Program-made: the position numbers and the translations under genes | NCBI GenBank assembly: GCA_016933575.1 | Contig: JAFGAR010000081.1 | Coordinates: 1-64,000, forward strand | Direction: 5' to 3' | DNA length: 64,000 bases | DNA from: Candidatus Thorarchaeota archaeon | Lineage (GTDB): Archaea > Asgardarchaeota > Thorarchaeia > Thorarchaeales > Thorarchaeaceae | Part shown: positions 18,439 to 28,373 of the stretch, one piece after another | How the letters are laid out: every line of letters begins with the position of its first letter | Position numbering within the stretch: the first letter of the stretch is position 1 | Notes under the pieces: model-generated | What the model was told of the DNA's origin: nothing | Database searches by the model: none | The model's input: only the letters and a program-made list of their open reading frames with translations

Positions 18439-19248
18439 CTATGTGTCTGAGAACTCAATCTCACCGGGAGTGAACAGGACGCGCCCTTCCATGCCTCCAG
18501 CAACATTGATAGTCTGTCCGCTCACATGACCTGCCAATTTGTCAGATGCAAGGAATAGGATGGCACTCGCTATGTCTTCAGGAGTTGCAGTCTTTCTCAG
18601 TGGTATTGTCTGAAGAATTCTTGTGACCATATCCTTGTCTTTGAGGGCGTCTTCTGCCATCGGTGTGAGGGTCCATCCGGGATTTACTAGATCTACCCGC
18701 CCCCTCGGAGCAAGATGAACTATCTCATTCTTAAGACTCATTAGTAGACCATGCATTCCTGCCTTGGTTGTCGAGTAGTCTGCATACCATGCCTCTCCGA
18801 ATAGACCTGCGGTAGATCCAATCATAATCAGTGCTGCAGACTCACCATCATGCCTTTCTAGGTTGGCAAAGAAATATTTGGCACAGAGAAATGTGCCTGT
18901 TAGATTGACTGAAAGAGTATTTTCCCACTGTTCAAGGCTCATATCTTGAATTGCAATGCCCTCTGGATTCGCTATACCCGCATTTGCAACAAGCACATCA
19001 ACTCTTCCGAAGACACGATTTGCCTCCTCGAATAGATTCCTGACACTATTTTCCTCAGTCTGATTGACCTTAATCACGTGCAGATGTTCTGGCCATGATC
19101 TCTTGAGAGAATCAAGAGACCCCTTAGAAGAGTTGAATGTACCCGTGACCTTTGCTCCCTCCGCCAAGAATATCTTAGTTGTTTCGAAGCCAATTCCTCC
19201 TGAAGCTCCAGTAATTACAATATGCTTTCCTTCGAGGCCTGTATCCAT
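18439..19248 (-). CDS. Short-chain dehydrogenase/reductase (SDR)
   Basis: TGASGGIG, VANAG, YSTTK catalytic motif, VNPG; GGAGG upstream of MDTGLEG. Confidence 0.95.
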   Translation of the reverse strand: MDTGLEGKHIVITGASGGIGFETTKIFLAEGAKVTGTFNSSKGSLDSLKRSWPEHLHVIKVNQTEENSVRNLFEEANRVFGRVDVLVANAGIANPEGIAIQDMSLEQWENTLSVNLTGTFLCAKYFFANLERHDGESAALIMIGSTAGLFGEAWYADYSTTKAGMHGLLMSLKNEIVHLAPRGRVDLVNPGWTLTPMAEDALKDKDMVTRILQTIPLRKTATPEDIASAILFLASDKLAGHVSGQTINVAGGMEGRVLFTPGEIEFSDT

Positions 19249-19313
19249 GAAAAAACCTCCTTTCGACGACTCCTTTGTCTGCTTAATGCTCACTTCTCTC
19301 GTGCAATAATAGA

Positions 19314-19808
19314 TTATCTTAATGAATCAGATTTCCAAAGAATCCTGTGGTACTGTTCAACAAGAACTTCTGGCCAGCTACCTACAGACCTTAGAAGAAG
19401 ATCTGCAGTAAGACCTACATCTTTGTCTAGAACAAGTTCCTTTAGATTTGCACATTGAAAAAGCGGCGATAAGTCCACTCGCTTTAACCGATTATGTTCA
19501 AGGGACACTTCTTCTAGATCTGGACAAAAACTGAGCGGACCAAAGTCTATATCCTGCAATCGATTATTATTCAATCTAATCGATCTAAGTTTTTTTCCAC
19601 ACTTCTCAAGAGGCGAGAGGTCAATCTCAATCAGTGAGTTATTACGTAAACACAGAGTCTCGAGGTTCTCACACCATATGAGTGGGAGTAAGTCAACAAT
19701 TGTGATATCTCTAAGATCTAAGTTTATAGAAGTTTCATCAGTTCTGAATCTCGCCGTCTTCTCAAGACCTGTAGTAGTTTCATATCTTATGAAAATCTCA
19801 GATACCAC
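19314..19808 (-). CDS. Leucine-rich repeat protein
   Basis: Repeats LxxLxLxxNxLxxIDLSPL (NSLIEIDLSPL, NRLQDIDFGPL, NRLKRVDLSPL). Confidence 0.9.
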   Translation of the reverse strand: MVSEIFIRYETTTGLEKTARFRTDETSINLDLRDITIVDLLPLIWCENLETLCLRNNSLIEIDLSPLEKCGKKLRSIRLNNNRLQDIDFGPLSFCPDLEEVSLEHNRLKRVDLSPLFQCANLKELVLDKDVGLTADLLLRSVGSWPEVLVEQYHRILWKSDSLR

Positions 19809-19971
19809 TATCAGTTTCCTCCCATACTACTTGCGCTATCAATCCTTATGAAATGCTTTCCTATTAAGACTCATCTTCATTAGGAAGACATCTTTTTTGA
19901 ATTGTTTGCTAATCGGATTGTCTATATACCGAGACTCTTACAATTTTCTATTGTTTGGAGGTTTCTCCATA

Positions 19972-20856
19972 ATGCTGAAAATCAGTCATCCATCAACATT
20001 TTCCGTTGTAGCTAGAGATCCATCTAGTGGTGATTTAGGGATTATTGTTCAATCGAAGTTTCCAGCTGTTGGTTCTGTCGTCCCCTGGGCTAGAGCTGAG
20101 ATTGGTGCAATTGCAACTCAAGCTTGGGCTAATGTTTCTTATGGACCCAGAGGTCTAAACCTTCTCAAATCAGGTCTGAATGCTAATGATACTATGAAAT
20201 CTCTTTTGAAAGATGATGAAGGAAGAGAACATCGTCAGGTTGGTATCGTTGACCCCAAAGGGCACGCTGTTGCTCACACTGGGAAAGAATGTATGGAATG
20301 GGCCGGACATTTAGTGGGGGATGGATATACATGCCAGGGCAATATTCTCGCAAGTGAAGCTGTTGTGGCAAATATGGCAGACGCCTATGAGAACACTGAT
20401 GGTGATTTAATAGATCACCTTTTTGCAGCTCTTAATGCAGGTCAGGGTGCAGGTGGAGATAGGAGAGGTATGCAATCTGCAGCGATTCTTGTTGTGCGAG
20501 AGGGTGGCGGCTATGAAGGTGGGAATGATCGATATGTAGATGTTCGAGTAGATGAACATCCACGGCCAATTGAAGAACTAGAACGTATCTTCAAGATTTA
20601 TGATATGACTCTTCTTAACCGTGAAGATCCAAGTAGGTTGCGTAAAATAGAAGGCAAGTTCTCCATCAAAATTCAGAAAGCTCTTCTTACTCTCGGCTAC
20701 CTTGATTCTGTGGATGAAAGCGATTTTCCAAAGAAAGCAGCTTCAGCTCTCACTGAATGGACCAATACAAACAATTTCGAGAATAAAGCCCGTAATGATG
20801 GTACGATCTGGCAAAGTGTGGTTGATCATCTCTTTCGAGATGCAGGTATCGAGTAG
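19972..20856 (+). CDS. DUF1028 family Ntn-hydrolase-like protein
   Basis: TFSVVARDP, GAIATQA, RQVGIVD, QGNIL, GGDRRGMQSAA, DVRVDEH. Confidence 0.92.
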   Translation: MLKISHPSTFSVVARDPSSGDLGIIVQSKFPAVGSVVPWARAEIGAIATQAWANVSYGPRGLNLLKSGLNANDTMKSLLKDDEGREHRQVGIVDPKGHAVAHTGKECMEWAGHLVGDGYTCQGNILASEAVVANMADAYENTDGDLIDHLFAALNAGQGAGGDRRGMQSAAILVVREGGGYEGGNDRYVDVRVDEHPRPIEELERIFKIYDMTLLNREDPSRLRKIEGKFSIKIQKALLTLGYLDSVDESDFPKKAASALTEWTNTNNFENKARNDGTIWQSVVDHLFRDAGIE

Positions 20857-20932
20857 CTGTACAGGACACAAAGTCAATGCGTAATAGGTAGAAGAGTTAA
20901 GGAATGAGTCCTGTCCTTCTTATTGAGAGGAT

Positions 20933-21409
20933 GTGAGTTTGAAAACAGAAGCAGTATTTGAGTTGGCATCTTTTTTCTCATTATTGTTAGCCATCTTTAT
21001 TGGACTAGTTAGCCCTATGACCAATCCCAGTGTTCCTGTTTTTCTTTCTAGCTTGACCCTGATAGTTCTAATTGTATTTGTCCGAATAATTGGCAAACGA
21101 ATGAAATGTCGAGATGTCTGGATTCTCCTCCATGACTCAGTAATGGCTCAACGAAGCAATTTGATTTGGTACGTTCTCAATGAGGCTCATGGTTTTGCTC
21201 CGCCTGATTACCAATTAATGGTCCTAGAGTCATTCTTTGACAAGAGTAAGACCCTACATACAGAACTGGCAAAACTCAAACAGATTGCTGAAGAAGAAAT
21301 GAATGAACGCTTCGTTACTGAGATTCAGAAGCAGTTAGAAGAATGGGAATCAATCTTGAATCAAATGCAACAAAGAATTAACAATATGGATTTCACTCGA
21401 AAGCTCTAG
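20933..21409 (+). CDS. 2-TM membrane protein with a C-terminal coiled coil
   Basis: Two hydrophobic helices, then an E/Q/K-rich helical tail. Confidence 0.7.
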   Translation: MSLKTEAVFELASFFSLLLAIFIGLVSPMTNPSVPVFLSSLTLIVLIVFVRIIGKRMKCRDVWILLHDSVMAQRSNLIWYVLNEAHGFAPPDYQLMVLESFFDKSKTLHTELAKLKQIAEEEMNERFVTEIQKQLEEWESILNQMQQRINNMDFTRKL

Positions 21410-21501
21410 GAGTATCTACATTAACCAAAAAAGTGCTTGTAGTCAATGTATATCCGTATTGTCTAAAAGGAACTCTATTCAGTAAATACTGGGGCTCCAA
21501 A

Positions 21502-21762
21502 ATGAGCAATGTGCAGAGAAGTATTGTTCAGGTAGATTGGTCCTTGTGCTATGGTTGTGAAAAATGCATCATTGCCTGCCCAGTGAATGTGTTCATCCTA
21601 ATAACTACCAAAGATGGAAGAGAAGTAGTTGATTCGGCACACGAGTCTGATTGCATCTTTTGCCTTCTCTGCGAAATTGTATGTCCTGTTGAAGCCATTA
21701 CTATCGCACGAGAACGCGGGTCGGAGGATACATTACAGTCTTTGTTACATGGTTCTGACTAG
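21502..21762 (+). CDS. 2x[4Fe-4S] ferredoxin
   Basis: CYGCEKCIIACP and CIFCLLCEIVCP. Confidence 0.93.
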   Translation: MSNVQRSIVQVDWSLCYGCEKCIIACPVNVFILITTKDGREVVDSAHESDCIFCLLCEIVCPVEAITIARERGSEDTLQSLLHGSD

Positions 21763-21783
21763 CTGTTGATTGAGGTATGAATA

Positions 21784-23052
21784 ATGTTTGATGTTCTACT
21801 TACAGAGGAAGAAAAACGAATCCGAGATGAAACTCGTGCTTTTGTACGCGATAAGGTTGACCGTGATCTGATCATAGCAATGGACAGTAAGGAGAAGGAG
21901 TATCCATACGAGTTCATTAAGGCTGCGGCAAAAGAGAATCTCCTGGGACTTCGCTTCCCTAAGGAATTTGGGGGAAGAGGGCTCGGATGGGTATCGGAGA
22001 TGGTGGCTCTTGAGGAGATTGGAGTCTTAGGCATAGCTCTTGGATGTGCATTCTCTCTACCAAGTATTATTGGAGAAGCAATCAACCAGTTTGGAACCGA
22101 CCAACAGAAGAAAGAGTATCTCCTTCCCACATTGAAAGGAACAAGAATATGTGGGGAGGGTTTGACAGAACCAAGAGGTGGTTCGGATTTCTTTGGTACA
22201 AATACAACAGCTATAAAGAAAGAGGGACACTATATAATCAATGGCGAGAAACGTTTTGTTGCTGGAGGCGTTGGCGCTGATTATTTCTTAGTCTATGCGA
22301 AAACTGATTTTAACGCAAAACCTCACGAATCCTTGAGTGCATTCTTGGTTGATCGCGATCTGGGAGTTAAGGTTGAAGAAGAGTACGAACTAATGGGCTG
22401 TCGTGGAATGGGAGCTGCTCGAATTGTTATGAAAAATGTAGAGATTCCAGAATCTAATCTGATAGGACCATTGAATGATGGTAATGCTGTCTTCAATGCT
22501 ATGATGGTCCCTGAACGACTTACTTCCGCAGCGGGACCAATTGGTATGGGGCGCGCGTCCATCGAAATTGCAGCAAGGTATGCTGACAAGAGAGAGGCTT
22601 TTGGTCGTACAATTAAACGATTTGAAGGAATAAGCTTCAAGATAGCAGACTGTGCAACCCAATTAGATGCTGCGCGAGGCCTTGTCTATCGAGCTGCGAA
22701 GAAAGCAGACACTGGTGAGTGGTGCAGAAAAGAAGTATCGCAGGCGAAGGTATTTGCGACAGAGGCTGGATTTGCTGCAGTTCACGAAGCTATGCAGATT
22801 CTTGGAGGAATAGGTTATACCGATGTATATCCCATCGAGCGACTCTATCGTGATGCACGCTTAGCAACAATCTGGACTGGTAGTAATGAAGTACAACGTT
22901 TGATAATCCAGAACGAGATCTTTACAGAGATTCTCTCAGAGGATCGTTCTCTGAAACGTGATGTTGAACTTGACACACCTGGAGCCCATAAGATCCAAGA
23001 AAAGGTCTATTCTGAAGACCCTAAGAAGCATTTTCCTAAAGAGAATCCTTGA
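21784..23052 (+). CDS. Acyl-CoA dehydrogenase
   Basis: LTEPRGGSD, NGEKRF, REAFG, MQILGGIGY, ERLYRDAR, IWTGSNEVQR. Confidence 0.95.
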   Translation: MFDVLLTEEEKRIRDETRAFVRDKVDRDLIIAMDSKEKEYPYEFIKAAAKENLLGLRFPKEFGGRGLGWVSEMVALEEIGVLGIALGCAFSLPSIIGEAINQFGTDQQKKEYLLPTLKGTRICGEGLTEPRGGSDFFGTNTTAIKKEGHYIINGEKRFVAGGVGADYFLVYAKTDFNAKPHESLSAFLVDRDLGVKVEEEYELMGCRGMGAARIVMKNVEIPESNLIGPLNDGNAVFNAMMVPERLTSAAGPIGMGRASIEIAARYADKREAFGRTIKRFEGISFKIADCATQLDAARGLVYRAAKKADTGEWCRKEVSQAKVFATEAGFAAVHEAMQILGGIGYTDVYPIERLYRDARLATIWTGSNEVQRLIIQNEIFTEILSEDRSLKRDVELDTPGAHKIQEKVYSEDPKKHFPKENP

Positions 23053-23077
23053 ATCACGAAAACATATATTCATATAC

Positions 23078-23089
23078 TAACTATAGTTA
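23078..23089. promoter_or_regulatory. Perfect palindrome TAACTATAGTTA upstream of the small metalloprotein gene
   Basis: 12-bp palindrome in an AT-rich promoter region. Confidence 0.35.
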
Positions 23090-23157
23090 ATATTATGCTA
23101 GACACCTTTGAACTGGGTGTTGTTGAGTAACAAATGATAATATTGTGAGGAATTACA

Positions 23158-23325
23158 ATGAGTAAACTAGTTTGCAAGAAATGCGGTGCTGAAGTATCAG
23201 TACCAGTACACTGCGGAAAGGACATGCACATTGAAGGAAGCCAGCTTGTATGCTGGATGGGTGCAGTCTGTGGACATCAAGACATCCCTAAGCACTGTGG
23301 AACAGCTATGGCTATAAAACAATAA
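23158..23325 (+). CDS. 55-aa Cys/His-rich protein with two desulforedoxin-like modules (absent from the ORF track)
   Basis: Hand translation MSKLVCKKCGAEVSVPVHCGKDMHIEGSQLVCWMGAVCGHQDIPKHCGTAMAIKQ; GAGG upstream; internal duplication. Confidence 0.85.
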   Translation: MSKLVCKKCGAEVSVPVHCGKDMHIEGSQLVCWMGAVCGHQDIPKHCGTAMAIKQ

Positions 23326-23352
23326 GTCAAGGAGATTTGTGGGGATCTACTA

Positions 23353-23895
23353 GTGATTCTAGAAGAGATAATGAAACGACATAGTGGACGAGCATTTACT
23401 AATCAACCAATAAGTGATGAAATGCTGAATTCTATTCTTGAGGCAGGCCGATGGGCTCCTTCGTGTGCAAATACCCAAGCATGGAATTTTGTCGTCATTC
23501 GAGATAAGGAAGTACTTGATGAAGCACATGAAGCTTTGAGTGGAGGAAATGCCTATGCAAAAGCCGCTCCGGTGATGATTATTGTTGCAGCTAAGGAAGA
23601 TGGTGGTTGCGGAGCTCATGGACTCCCGTATTTTACGATGGATGTTGGTCTAGCCGTTGAGAACATGCTACTTCAGGCAGTCCATCTCGGTCTAATGGGT
23701 CATCCCACAGCAGGTTGGAATGAGGCTGAACTCAAAGAAATAACAGGAATTCCCAAAGAATATCGAATCATTACTGTAGTATTTTTCGGGTATGAAGGTG
23801 ATATTTCTCAACTTGATGAAGCTGATCAAGCGAAGGAAAGTAGGCCCCGAAAACGGAAGGAATTATCAGAGATTGTCCACTGGAATCATTGGTAA
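23353..23895 (+). CDS. Nitroreductase family protein
   Basis: RHSGRAF, WAPSCANTQAWNF, ENMLLQAVHLGL. Confidence 0.95.
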   Translation: MILEEIMKRHSGRAFTNQPISDEMLNSILEAGRWAPSCANTQAWNFVVIRDKEVLDEAHEALSGGNAYAKAAPVMIIVAAKEDGGCGAHGLPYFTMDVGLAVENMLLQAVHLGLMGHPTAGWNEAELKEITGIPKEYRIITVVFFGYEGDISQLDEADQAKESRPRKRKELSEIVHWNHW

Positions 23896-23949
23896 TTGAC
23901 CAGAGAGTTAATGTTCAATATTTTCTTAAATAGAACCTGAGGCGATGAG

Positions 23950-24315
23950 ATGCAACCAACTTCCATTCTGGATATTGCCTATATTAGTGCACCTAGCCTT
24001 ATAGTGGGAATGATCTTAGGTTATGTGTTCGGAGATCTGGGAACTCTCAGATCAATTCAAAGAATCGGTCTAACAATCTTCTCAAGCATTTGGGGGGGCT
24101 TGATAATTGCCATTCTCCTAGCACCTTTTTTCACGGTTGGTACATTTGAGATCCTAATCTCAATAGTTTCTTTTCTCGGAGGTTCTATCATTGGATTATC
24201 ATCGAATTGGACCCCTCCCAAGGAGAAGTCACGAAAGAGTCACATAATCTATGAACCTGATGATGAAGATGATTTTGATCGTCAGATTGAAGAAGCCCTC
24301 AAAGGGGAATATTGA
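23950..24315 (+). CDS. Small 3-TM membrane protein with an acidic tail
   Basis: Gly-rich hydrophobic helices; PDDEDDFDRQIEEAL tail. Confidence 0.75.
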   Translation: MQPTSILDIAYISAPSLIVGMILGYVFGDLGTLRSIQRIGLTIFSSIWGGLIIAILLAPFFTVGTFEILISIVSFLGGSIIGLSSNWTPPKEKSRKSHIIYEPDDEDDFDRQIEEALKGEY

Positions 24316-24417
24316 GTGCATATATATTACTACCAGCTATCCGAGTATTTCTTAATAAGAGTTAAAGGGAACCACATGAAGTAGTCTTCTATTCTGTGCT
24401 TTCCGGAGGATGTATGA

Positions 24418-25653
24418 ATGCGACGGACGCTACCACATAGTCTTATCATTTTGACCATCACTTGCCTCTTATGGTCTGCAATCCTTGTACCAGTACAAGC
24501 AGTGCCTCCCGTAGGGTGGAGTGGCGATTCTAATCTTTCATTTTTGCTTGAGGTGAATGGAGTCAATGCCGCTGGATTAAACGCTTCGAATCCTTTGCCA
24601 ATTAGTCTCTCTTCAGATTTAGACCTTGAACTCCAGATCTATGTTGATACGAATCTGACTATACATTCTGGTACCTTTACCATGTCTTACCTATATATTC
24701 CACTAATCAATCAGCCATTCGATTTGAGCTCTTTTGGTGAAATTCCCGAAAATACAACTGCAAGCCTTCTTAATGCATCCATCCCTCTTGGAAGTCTTCT
24801 CGGGGTTGGCAATCTCAGTCTCATCTCCGGGACAATAACAGGTGCATTCACCTTCATATATTCCACCTCGACTGCTCCAAGTGTCAATGAAACAGTCAGT
24901 GAAGACTTTGTTCTCCGCATTGGAGACACTGGTGTGGGTGCTATTCTATCAGTCAGTGGTCTCATTACTGCCGCATTCACGGTGATGTCTGTATTCACCC
25001 TTATTCTCTCCTTGGATGAGTTCCAACAGGGAATAATGGCAGCTCGAAAGCTACGCGGTGCGAAACGTGCCTCCGATGTTGGAATCTTCCCGAGAGCAGT
25101 AGTTCTCCGAAGAAAACCAAAGAAAGGCGCAGAAAAGATTGACAAGGACGAGCTCATCCGTAGGGTCAGTTCAGCAGCTGGAAATGCTTGGAATCAGAAA
25201 TCCTGTCCAAAGTGCGGCCGGAAATGGAAGAAAGACTCTCCGACCTGTGCAAAATGTGGGATAGATACTAGCGCTGCAATTGCATACTTCTCTGATGACA
25301 TCGCTGAATATGCACCAAAAGCATTGACAGTGATCAAACCAAAGTCTAAGGTCACTGTTGGTCAGCTAGGAAAACGACTCCGTCTAAAGCCCGACAAAGC
25401 TGGAGCTCTTGCAGCAGCTCTCGTTGATATGGGCGCGCTCCAAACAAAATCAGTGAAAGTACCTCTGAAAAAGGTAGCATTCTCTGGAATGACCTTGGCT
25501 GGTACTTATTGGTCTTGGATGCAAATGATTGGTGGCGCAACGCCAGACTGGGTGACGGTGCTTCTTACCATCACTGCAGGTCTAGTAGTTTCTGTGATGA
25601 TAGGATACTTCATGAATTTCCTCGCACGTGTACCTGAACTAGGATACGACTGA
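24418..25653 (+). CDS. Membrane protein: signal peptide, extracellular domain, TM, zinc ribbon, winged-helix-like domain, 2 TM
   Basis: Signal peptide ending VQA; multiple N-x-S/T sequons; CPKC...CAKC; VTVGQLGKRLRLKPDKAGALAAALVDMGAL. Confidence 0.8.
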   Translation: MRRTLPHSLIILTITCLLWSAILVPVQAVPPVGWSGDSNLSFLLEVNGVNAAGLNASNPLPISLSSDLDLELQIYVDTNLTIHSGTFTMSYLYIPLINQPFDLSSFGEIPENTTASLLNASIPLGSLLGVGNLSLISGTITGAFTFIYSTSTAPSVNETVSEDFVLRIGDTGVGAILSVSGLITAAFTVMSVFTLILSLDEFQQGIMAARKLRGAKRASDVGIFPRAVVLRRKPKKGAEKIDKDELIRRVSSAAGNAWNQKSCPKCGRKWKKDSPTCAKCGIDTSAAIAYFSDDIAEYAPKALTVIKPKSKVTVGQLGKRLRLKPDKAGALAAALVDMGALQTKSVKVPLKKVAFSGMTLAGTYWSWMQMIGGATPDWVTVLLTITAGLVVSVMIGYFMNFLARVPELGYD

Positions 25654-25672
25654 AAAGTATCATAGACAATAA

Positions 25673-25710
25673 AGACGAGTTCTCAAGGAACTCGTCTATG
25701 CCCTCTTTTT
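25673..25710 (+). terminator. Hairpin plus T-tract terminator
   Basis: AGACGAGTTC-TCAAG-GAACTCGTCT, a perfect 10-bp stem, followed by CTCTTTTT. Confidence 0.7.
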
Positions 25711-25804
25711 CTTACACTATGTCTAGCCAATGTATATAACAAGTCCAAATACTTTTTCGATTAATTGAGCGGCAATAAAACTCTATTACAGGACTGTATC
25801 CCAA

Positions 25805-26551
25805 ATGAATAAGCAAGATGATTATCAGACCTCTTGGAATAATGACGAGGTTCACGTGAGTGTTCCATTCAGTGCTGCAGGCGTTGGTACTACTGTAATA
25901 ATCACTTCAAAATTTACAGGAAAGATGATACTCTTAGATGTGGGTGATGGCGCGTTACGGGATCTTCTCAGTGCTTCAGCAAATTATGGCTTTGTAAATG
26001 AGATTGATTTGATAGCTATCTCTCATGGGCATTTTGACCATGTGGGCGGCTTACATTCCCTTCTTGGATTCATGAGAATGATGAAACGTACAAATCCCCT
26101 CAATATCGTTATACCCGCACAGTGCAAAGAAGCTCTTGGAATAATTCAAGGTTTTAGGGAATACTATCGAGAGACACTTCCTTTCAAAATATGGTATCAT
26201 GAATCATCACACGGTTCTGGGTTTGATACGGACTTCTTCAAGGTAAAATCGTATGGTGTTGAACACTACTCTCTCGAGAATGCATCAATTGATGAGAATG
26301 AGGTTCTAGAACCAGCATTAGGATTCAGAGTTCAAGTTGGGGAAACAACTGTGGCATATACTGGGGACACAAGAATGTGCCCCGGTGCAGAACTAGTTGT
26401 ATCAGATGCAGACTTTGCGCTTATTGAAGCCACTTATCAAGACAGTCCTGGCACCGAACGACAAGTCCATCTCTCCAGAGCTGAAGCCCAGAAACTTGGC
26501 ACTCTTGCAAAAGAATTCACACTCATCCACATGATTCCAAAATCCGATTAG
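25805..26551 (+). CDS. MBL-fold metallohydrolase (RNase Z/BN-like)
   Basis: LLDVGDG, SHGHFDHVGG, YTGDT, EATY, VHL, LIH. Confidence 0.9.
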   Translation: MNKQDDYQTSWNNDEVHVSVPFSAAGVGTTVIITSKFTGKMILLDVGDGALRDLLSASANYGFVNEIDLIAISHGHFDHVGGLHSLLGFMRMMKRTNPLNIVIPAQCKEALGIIQGFREYYRETLPFKIWYHESSHGSGFDTDFFKVKSYGVEHYSLENASIDENEVLEPALGFRVQVGETTVAYTGDTRMCPGAELVVSDADFALIEATYQDSPGTERQVHLSRAEAQKLGTLAKEFTLIHMIPKSD

Positions 26552-26557
26552 ATTATA

Positions 26558-27616
26558 CTAGAAGAATCCCTGAATTGCCCAAAACACTGCTATTGCAAAT
26601 AGTGCTGAAACTGGTACAGTCACAACCCATGATACAAGAATATCTTTTACTTGTTTCATTTGAACAGGGGTTTCAGATACCCACCCAACTGCAATCAATG
26701 CCGCCACTAGGACATGGGTACCACTCAATGGGAGACCCAGTAATGTCCCTACGAAGATAATCATCGATACCGATACACTTGCTGCCAGTGCTGATGAAGG
26801 TGAAAGTGTTACTACTTCGGTTGCCAAGGTCTTAATCACCTTCCTACCTACTACAATCAATCCTAATGCCATTCCAGTTCCGCCAACAAGCAAGGGAATT
26901 ATGTATCTTGGAATTACTATGAACCCGAGGTCGTATGTCCCAATGAAATCAGGTAGCACAGTTAGGGGTGCAATAGCATTCGCTACATCATTTCCTCCTC
27001 TACTCAATGATGTCAATATTAGAAATCCAGCAAGCAGATATGATGCAATTTTTTCTTGACGCTCAAAGTCTGAAAAGCCCTTTGCACGTTTCTGTATCTT
27101 TCTGACGAGAGCAAAAACGGCTGCTGCAAAGAGAAATCCGATTACAGGTGAGAGAATCCATCCTAAAAATATCTCAAATACCACATACCAATCAATGACA
27201 TCAACGCCCCATTCAGAATACCCCAAAAATGGGGCAAATATTGCTACGCCCATGACTGAACCAACTATACATTGAGTTGTACTGATTGGTAGTCCTTTAG
27301 TAATTGAGGCAAGAAGAAGCCAGATTATCATTGATATCAAGATTGCAAAGACCATATCTATGGTCAGAGTCATGGGCTCAGTTCCTCCTCCTACAAGATC
27401 CGAGCCGACTTTTTCGGATACATTGCCTCCTAGTGACAATGCACCAACTACTGTTATAATTGCACCAATTATGACTGCTGCTCGTACTGTGAACACTCTC
27501 GCTCCCACTGCGGGTGCCATCGCCTCATCATTACCTCCTATTGCAAAAGCAACGAGAAAACTAATGATGAAGAGAATTCCTAGCAGTAAGGGGTCCAATT
27601 TGAAAAAAGCCTCCAA
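26558..27616 (-). CDS. pit: Inorganic phosphate transporter, PiT family
   Basis: GGND signature twice, PISTTQ, LPLSGTH, SWVVTVP. Confidence 0.93.
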   Translation of the reverse strand: MEAFFKLDPLLLGILFIISFLVAFAIGGNDEAMAPAVGARVFTVRAAVIIGAIITVVGALSLGGNVSEKVGSDLVGGGTEPMTLTIDMVFAILISMIIWLLLASITKGLPISTTQCIVGSVMGVAIFAPFLGYSEWGVDVIDWYVVFEIFLGWILSPVIGFLFAAAVFALVRKIQKRAKGFSDFERQEKIASYLLAGFLILTSLSRGGNDVANAIAPLTVLPDFIGTYDLGFIVIPRYIIPLLVGGTGMALGLIVVGRKVIKTLATEVVTLSPSSALAASVSVSMIIFVGTLLGLPLSGTHVLVAALIAVGWVSETPVQMKQVKDILVSWVVTVPVSALFAIAVFWAIQGFF

Positions 27617-28279
27617 CTATAGATGTGTGACAGCTAGGGCACGAATGAAATCTCCTGTTTCCTCTGAAGTTATTGCCACTCTCAATATTCGCTCTGAGAT
27701 AGCCCGAAACAACGTGACTTCCACAGGGCTGAATTCCTTCTCATTAAACAGCTTGTTAAGAAGCCTGAATTGAATATCTCTTGCATCTTCTCGTACTTTG
27801 TCTATCTTCAGCGTTATTTCAACCGATTTCTCAAAGTCTGAGAAGAGATACTTTACTGCATCTTGGAGTAGATCCGTACAAATCCAACATCTTTCAGCAA
27901 TCTCTTGAATTTCTTTTGGAGGTCTGTAATTACGTCCTACCAGCATCATTCGCACTGCATCTTCTGCAGCATCAATAACACCATCCATAAGGGTGACAAG
28001 TCTATGGCGGTCCTGGGTTTGTTGGGGCAGATATGCTTTCTTTGAAAAAATCTTCTCAAAGAGTTCATCTTTGATACTGTCCGCTTTTCGTTCAATATCT
28101 ATGATTTCCTCCTCCAAGTCATCTAAGTGTTCCATTCTTCCATCAAGCCAATCATCCGCACACACGTGCAACTTAGCGCTGGCTGATTGCAATGCTTTTC
28201 CCAATTTAAGAAGTAATTTATCCGCCTTTTTCTGGAGTTCTTTATCACCAAGGCCAAAAATCTTTGAGAAAGTCCCCAT
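27617..28279 (-). CDS. DUF47/PhoU-like phosphate transport regulator
   Basis: ERKADSIK, DGVIDAAED helical bundle; immediately upstream of pit. Confidence 0.9.
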   Translation of the reverse strand: MGTFSKIFGLGDKELQKKADKLLLKLGKALQSASAKLHVCADDWLDGRMEHLDDLEEEIIDIERKADSIKDELFEKIFSKKAYLPQQTQDRHRLVTLMDGVIDAAEDAVRMMLVGRNYRPPKEIQEIAERCWICTDLLQDAVKYLFSDFEKSVEITLKIDKVREDARDIQFRLLNKLFNEKEFSPVEVTLFRAISERILRVAITSEETGDFIRALAVTHL

Positions 28280-28373
28280 TATTATATTCTCCTAGATTAT
28301 TTTGCGATTTATTCAAGCGCTTACAAATTGAATCCGTCGAAGTAATAAATAGACCTTCTGCTAGATGTTGTTT

